Positions 61,004 through 64,000 of a stretch of DNA of 64,000 nt are shown here, piece after piece. The notes under the pieces were generated by a model, which saw only the letters and a program-made list of their open reading frames with translations, was not told the origin of the DNA and searched no databases. Origin of the DNA: Spirochaetia bacterium (GTDB taxonomy: Bacteria > Spirochaetota > Spirochaetia > DSM-2461); the NCBI GenBank assembly GCA_963666985.2, contig CAXXIA010000002.1:2048001-2112000 (forward strand), given 5' to 3'. Made by a program: the position numbers and the translations under genes. Every line of letters starts with the position of its first letter. Within the stretch, counting starts at the first letter, position 1.

Positions 61004-61285
61004 TTCGAATACCCCCCTGTAATATTACTTAATCTCTCGTCTATTTGGTAGGGAGGTCAAGAGCGGATACTCTTGAAATGAAACAACAAATTCGGCGGAA
61101 GTCGTTTTCTCGGACTTTTGCTTTATATTCAAAGGCAGAGGAATTATGACAAATCGGCGGCTTATAATGTTTGTAGGCTTAGATGTCCGAGCCCCGCATG
61201 GTAGGGTCTCTACCGGAGTCTTTCGGCGTTTTTTTAAGGTTGTAAAGCTCAAAATCACTCAATCCGAGATATAAAAGGAATCCGT

Positions 61286-63256
61286 ATGCGTTTATTGAAA
61301 ATTATTGTACCCGTCGCTTTATCGCTGTCTCTTGTTGTCGGCTGTGTTACAGACGGCAGCGGCGGCGGCCGGAAGAACATCGTTACAGTCGTCGAGGAAA
61401 CATGTTATGAAGTGGTTGTTCCGCGTGTCGAAGACGATCGGATTCAATACGAGAAGGATCTTCCCTGGGACAAAATCCCTTATCAGGTTCGCAACGATGA
61501 GTATTTGTCCATCGGAACGGCCTTCGCCGTCGCACCAGACCGTTTCATTACTGCGGCGCACGTATTGGCCCTTGAAGAGAATTCTCTTTTTTATCGGGAC
61601 TATTTCATACGGAACGCCCAAGGTGATGTTTATCCCATAACGGATCTGCTCCGTTTCCACTGCGAAAAGGATTTTGTTGAATTCACTGTCGGGGGATATA
61701 AGGCGGATTCTTACCTTGAATTCCGGGAAACTCCGTATATCGCCAATGAAACGGTTTATCAGGTGGGCAATATCTACGGACAGGGTCTTGTCGCCGTTCC
61801 CGGAACGATTCTCGGCGACATGGATGAAAATCGAAACGGTGAGTGGAAGTACATTAAGAGTTCTCCTCCCAACGACCGGGGATCCAGCGGCGGTCCCTTA
61901 ATTGATGCCGATATGAACGTGCTCGGAATCATCGATTTCAAAGACAATAATTTCTCCTACTCCCTGCCGGTAGGGGAAATCGAATCTTCTCCCGAAAAAA
62001 AGGGTTTCGTCGACAGCGAGCACGCCTATAAATTTTCCCTGCTGATCGGGGAAAAGAGCGACAAGGAAGCTTATTCCCGGGAACTTGATCTGCCTCTGGG
62101 GCTGCAGGAAGTGAAAGATTCCCTCAGCGGCGGATATATGGCGGACTATGAACGGAATATGACCGATTTCTTCTCCGCCGCCGGAGGCCTTTTTCCCGAA
62201 GGCCGAGGAAGCATGGAATCTCTTCAGAACGCCTCCACGTCCTCGGGAATTGAAGTTTTGTACCGGAATGAAGATGACCGCATTTGGTATTTCAGTTCGC
62301 TGGATAAAAATCACGGGCGTCTGGGTGACGACGGCTTAATCAGCTACAGCAATATCGACGGTATGGTGTATTTCGATATCGATCTTCCCAATAACGCATC
62401 GTACGAAGAATTCTACAGCTCCCCGAAATCCGTTATGGATACGCTGCTCGAAGGGATTTCCGTTACAAGAAATCTTGCCGGAGACGAGATACGGATAGAT
62501 TCTCTGGGCGATGCGTATCGTGAAGAGAATATTACGGACAAATACGGCCGGAAATGGCATATGGATACCTGGGGATTAACCTATTCGGATCAAGTCATCA
62601 TCATGATGTGGTCGGCGGTTCCCTACGGGGCTTCGGGTGTTCTCTGCTGTGTCCCCTCGTGTCAGCTGGATATGTGGTGCTACGACATGGGCGTTATCGC
62701 CGATCTTCTGTATGTCCCGTATTCGGCCACATTGGAAGAATGGTCCGGATATCTGAATCATCCCGAATCGTCCTACGGACCCTATGCCGACATGTCGCTG
62801 GATTATGTTCCCGACGGAGATTTCTCGGTAAAAAGCAAGGATTTTTCTCTTGAGTTTTCCTCCGATTTGCTGACGGTGGCCGACACGATGATGATGACCC
62901 TTACCAGGGATATCTACGAGGAAAACGGCGACTTCGTTTGGGGGCTGCGCAAGGTCAACATCAGCGAGTTCGATAAGTACAATTTCTTCGTTTCGTACCG
63001 ATACCTTAAGCCTTCTTCAAAACTTCCCGAGAGGTTCCAAAAGGAATGGAAGGATTTCATCACCGGCCGTCATCCGTATAATTCGTCCTCGTATGCTCTT
63101 GAAGGGCACACGAACATCGGAACGGTCAATCCTCAATTCGACAGTTCCGACGGCAGCGCCTTCTCTCTCTACCTGGGTTTGGAGGGAGATCACAGTCAGG
63201 AAGAAATGGAAGAGCGTTTGAACGTTCTTAAGAGCTCGCTGAATTTCCACTTTTAG
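61286..63256 (+). CDS. Trypsin-like serine protease lipoprotein
   Basis: Lipobox LVVGC; GTAF, TAAHV, DFV, GSSGGPL; long C-terminal region. Confidence 0.82.
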   Translation: MRLLKIIVPVALSLSLVVGCVTDGSGGGRKNIVTVVEETCYEVVVPRVEDDRIQYEKDLPWDKIPYQVRNDEYLSIGTAFAVAPDRFITAAHVLALEENSLFYRDYFIRNAQGDVYPITDLLRFHCEKDFVEFTVGGYKADSYLEFRETPYIANETVYQVGNIYGQGLVAVPGTILGDMDENRNGEWKYIKSSPPNDRGSSGGPLIDADMNVLGIIDFKDNNFSYSLPVGEIESSPEKKGFVDSEHAYKFSLLIGEKSDKEAYSRELDLPLGLQEVKDSLSGGYMADYERNMTDFFSAAGGLFPEGRGSMESLQNASTSSGIEVLYRNEDDRIWYFSSLDKNHGRLGDDGLISYSNIDGMVYFDIDLPNNASYEEFYSSPKSVMDTLLEGISVTRNLAGDEIRIDSLGDAYREENITDKYGRKWHMDTWGLTYSDQVIIMMWSAVPYGASGVLCCVPSCQLDMWCYDMGVIADLLYVPYSATLEEWSGYLNHPESSYGPYADMSLDYVPDGDFSVKSKDFSLEFSSDLLTVADTMMMTLTRDIYEENGDFVWGLRKVNISEFDKYNFFVSYRYLKPSSKLPERFQKEWKDFITGRHPYNSSSYALEGHTNIGTVNPQFDSSDGSAFSLYLGLEGDHSQEEMEERLNVLKSSLNFHF

Positions 63257-63443
63257 GGAATTGGCCGGTTTTTTGTTTTTGGGCACATTTTCCCCGCCGC
63301 TTGCAGCGGCGGGGATAACCGCGCTTTTCGGGGGTTCCGTCCGTCCGCTTCGCGGCCGAACCGCGTTGCCGCGCCCCTCCAATCGCTTGTGCGTTATCTG
63401 TCCGCCGGATTTCCTGAACGGCACTCACATCACCGTCCTTATT

Positions 63444-64000
63444 TTAGTAATTACAAAAAACCATCGTGCGGATCTCAACACTGCCTCCGGGTTCTCCCTC
63501 AATATCATAGGTTACAAGTTCACCGTTAAGGTCGATAAACTTGTGCTCATAAACAACCCAGTCGGAATTTTGCCATGTATCATTCCCGTCATAATCGTAG
63601 AGCACCGGCGCAATTCTAATGATGTCGTAGTTGGGAGGAGAAAAAATTATGTGAGTTGTTCTGCCGTTGGTGGAGAGTTCCTCCAGATCGTCATGGTCAT
63701 AAGTCGTACCGGAATAGCACGTGACGGGATCCGTGGTTTCACGGCGGCATGGATACGCCCAGGCGCTGTCTATGGCCCAGCAGGTGATAGTCCAGGAGAT
63801 TTCTCCGGGACGCTTCTCATACCAGACATCATCATCTCCATCCAGGGCAACGGTGAGGGAATCGACATAAATAAAGATTGGGTAATACGCCTCGATGGTA
63901 TCCGAAACCGTCGTGGAAACGTTTCCCACCGCGTCCCGATATTGGACGTTCACCGTCCGGATACCGGCGGTAAACGGCAGTTCGTGGCTTTGGGAATCGG
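63444..64000 (-). CDS. C-terminus of a probable surface/Ig-like protein, partial
   Basis: Frame is open to the right edge; GIRTVNVQYRDAVGNVS resembles Ig-like repeat strands. Confidence 0.55.
   Translation of the reverse strand, partial: DSQSHELPFTAGIRTVNVQYRDAVGNVSTTVSDTIEAYYPIFIYVDSLTVALDGDDDVWYEKRPGEISWTITCWAIDSAWAYPCRRETTDPVTCYSGTTYDHDDLEELSTNGRTTHIIFSPPNYDIIRIAPVLYDYDGNDTWQNSDWVVYEHKFIDLNGELVTYDIEGEPGGSVEIRTMVFCNY

Noticed and set aside
61165..61235. Purine-riboswitch-like text (ATGG...GTCTCTACC) upstream of the protease
   Set aside because: The L3 CCGTAAA-type loop and convincing P1/P3 pairing are absent, and the downstream gene is unrelated to purine metabolism

Overview
Bacterial chromosomal window, most likely from a free-living anaerobic spirochaete (inferred from 'ANG'-type solute-binding-protein leaders and overall gene content). 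Left to right: (1) the end of an integrated AT-rich element (a partial primase-polymerase ORF missed by the ORF track plus two small DNA-binding ORFs), bounded by a 3' tRNA-Val(CAC) fragment and a tRNA-linked repeat; (2) a TetR/SDR cluster with a serine palmitoyltransferase-like gene coupled to an SDR carrying the eukaryote-type 3-ketodihydrosphingosine reductase motif; (3) tRNA-Ala and a MoxR-DUF58-transglutaminase-TPR-Bpt/ATE operon; (4) an AT-richer islet, a Ca/Na antiporter, tRNA-Gly and GtrA; (5) FadD divergent from a LIV-type ABC transporter, two non-canonical FabH-like enzymes, FabG/PhaB, a CoA transferase, a hydrolase and a double TetR; (6) a ~19 kb near mirror-symmetric locus with a YbiW-like and a PflD-like glycyl radical enzyme, each with its own activase, ROK-type kinase and divergent DeoR, flanking a sugar ABC transporter and two atypical oxidoreductases; (7) AraC, FprA, a protease lipoprotein and a partial surface protein. 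The best candidates for undescribed biology are the dual-GRE ABC/ROK locus, the spt-KDSR pair and the twin FabH cluster. Four genes carry single-base frameshifts that may be assembly errors. All calls come from motif recognition by eye; no database searches were run.
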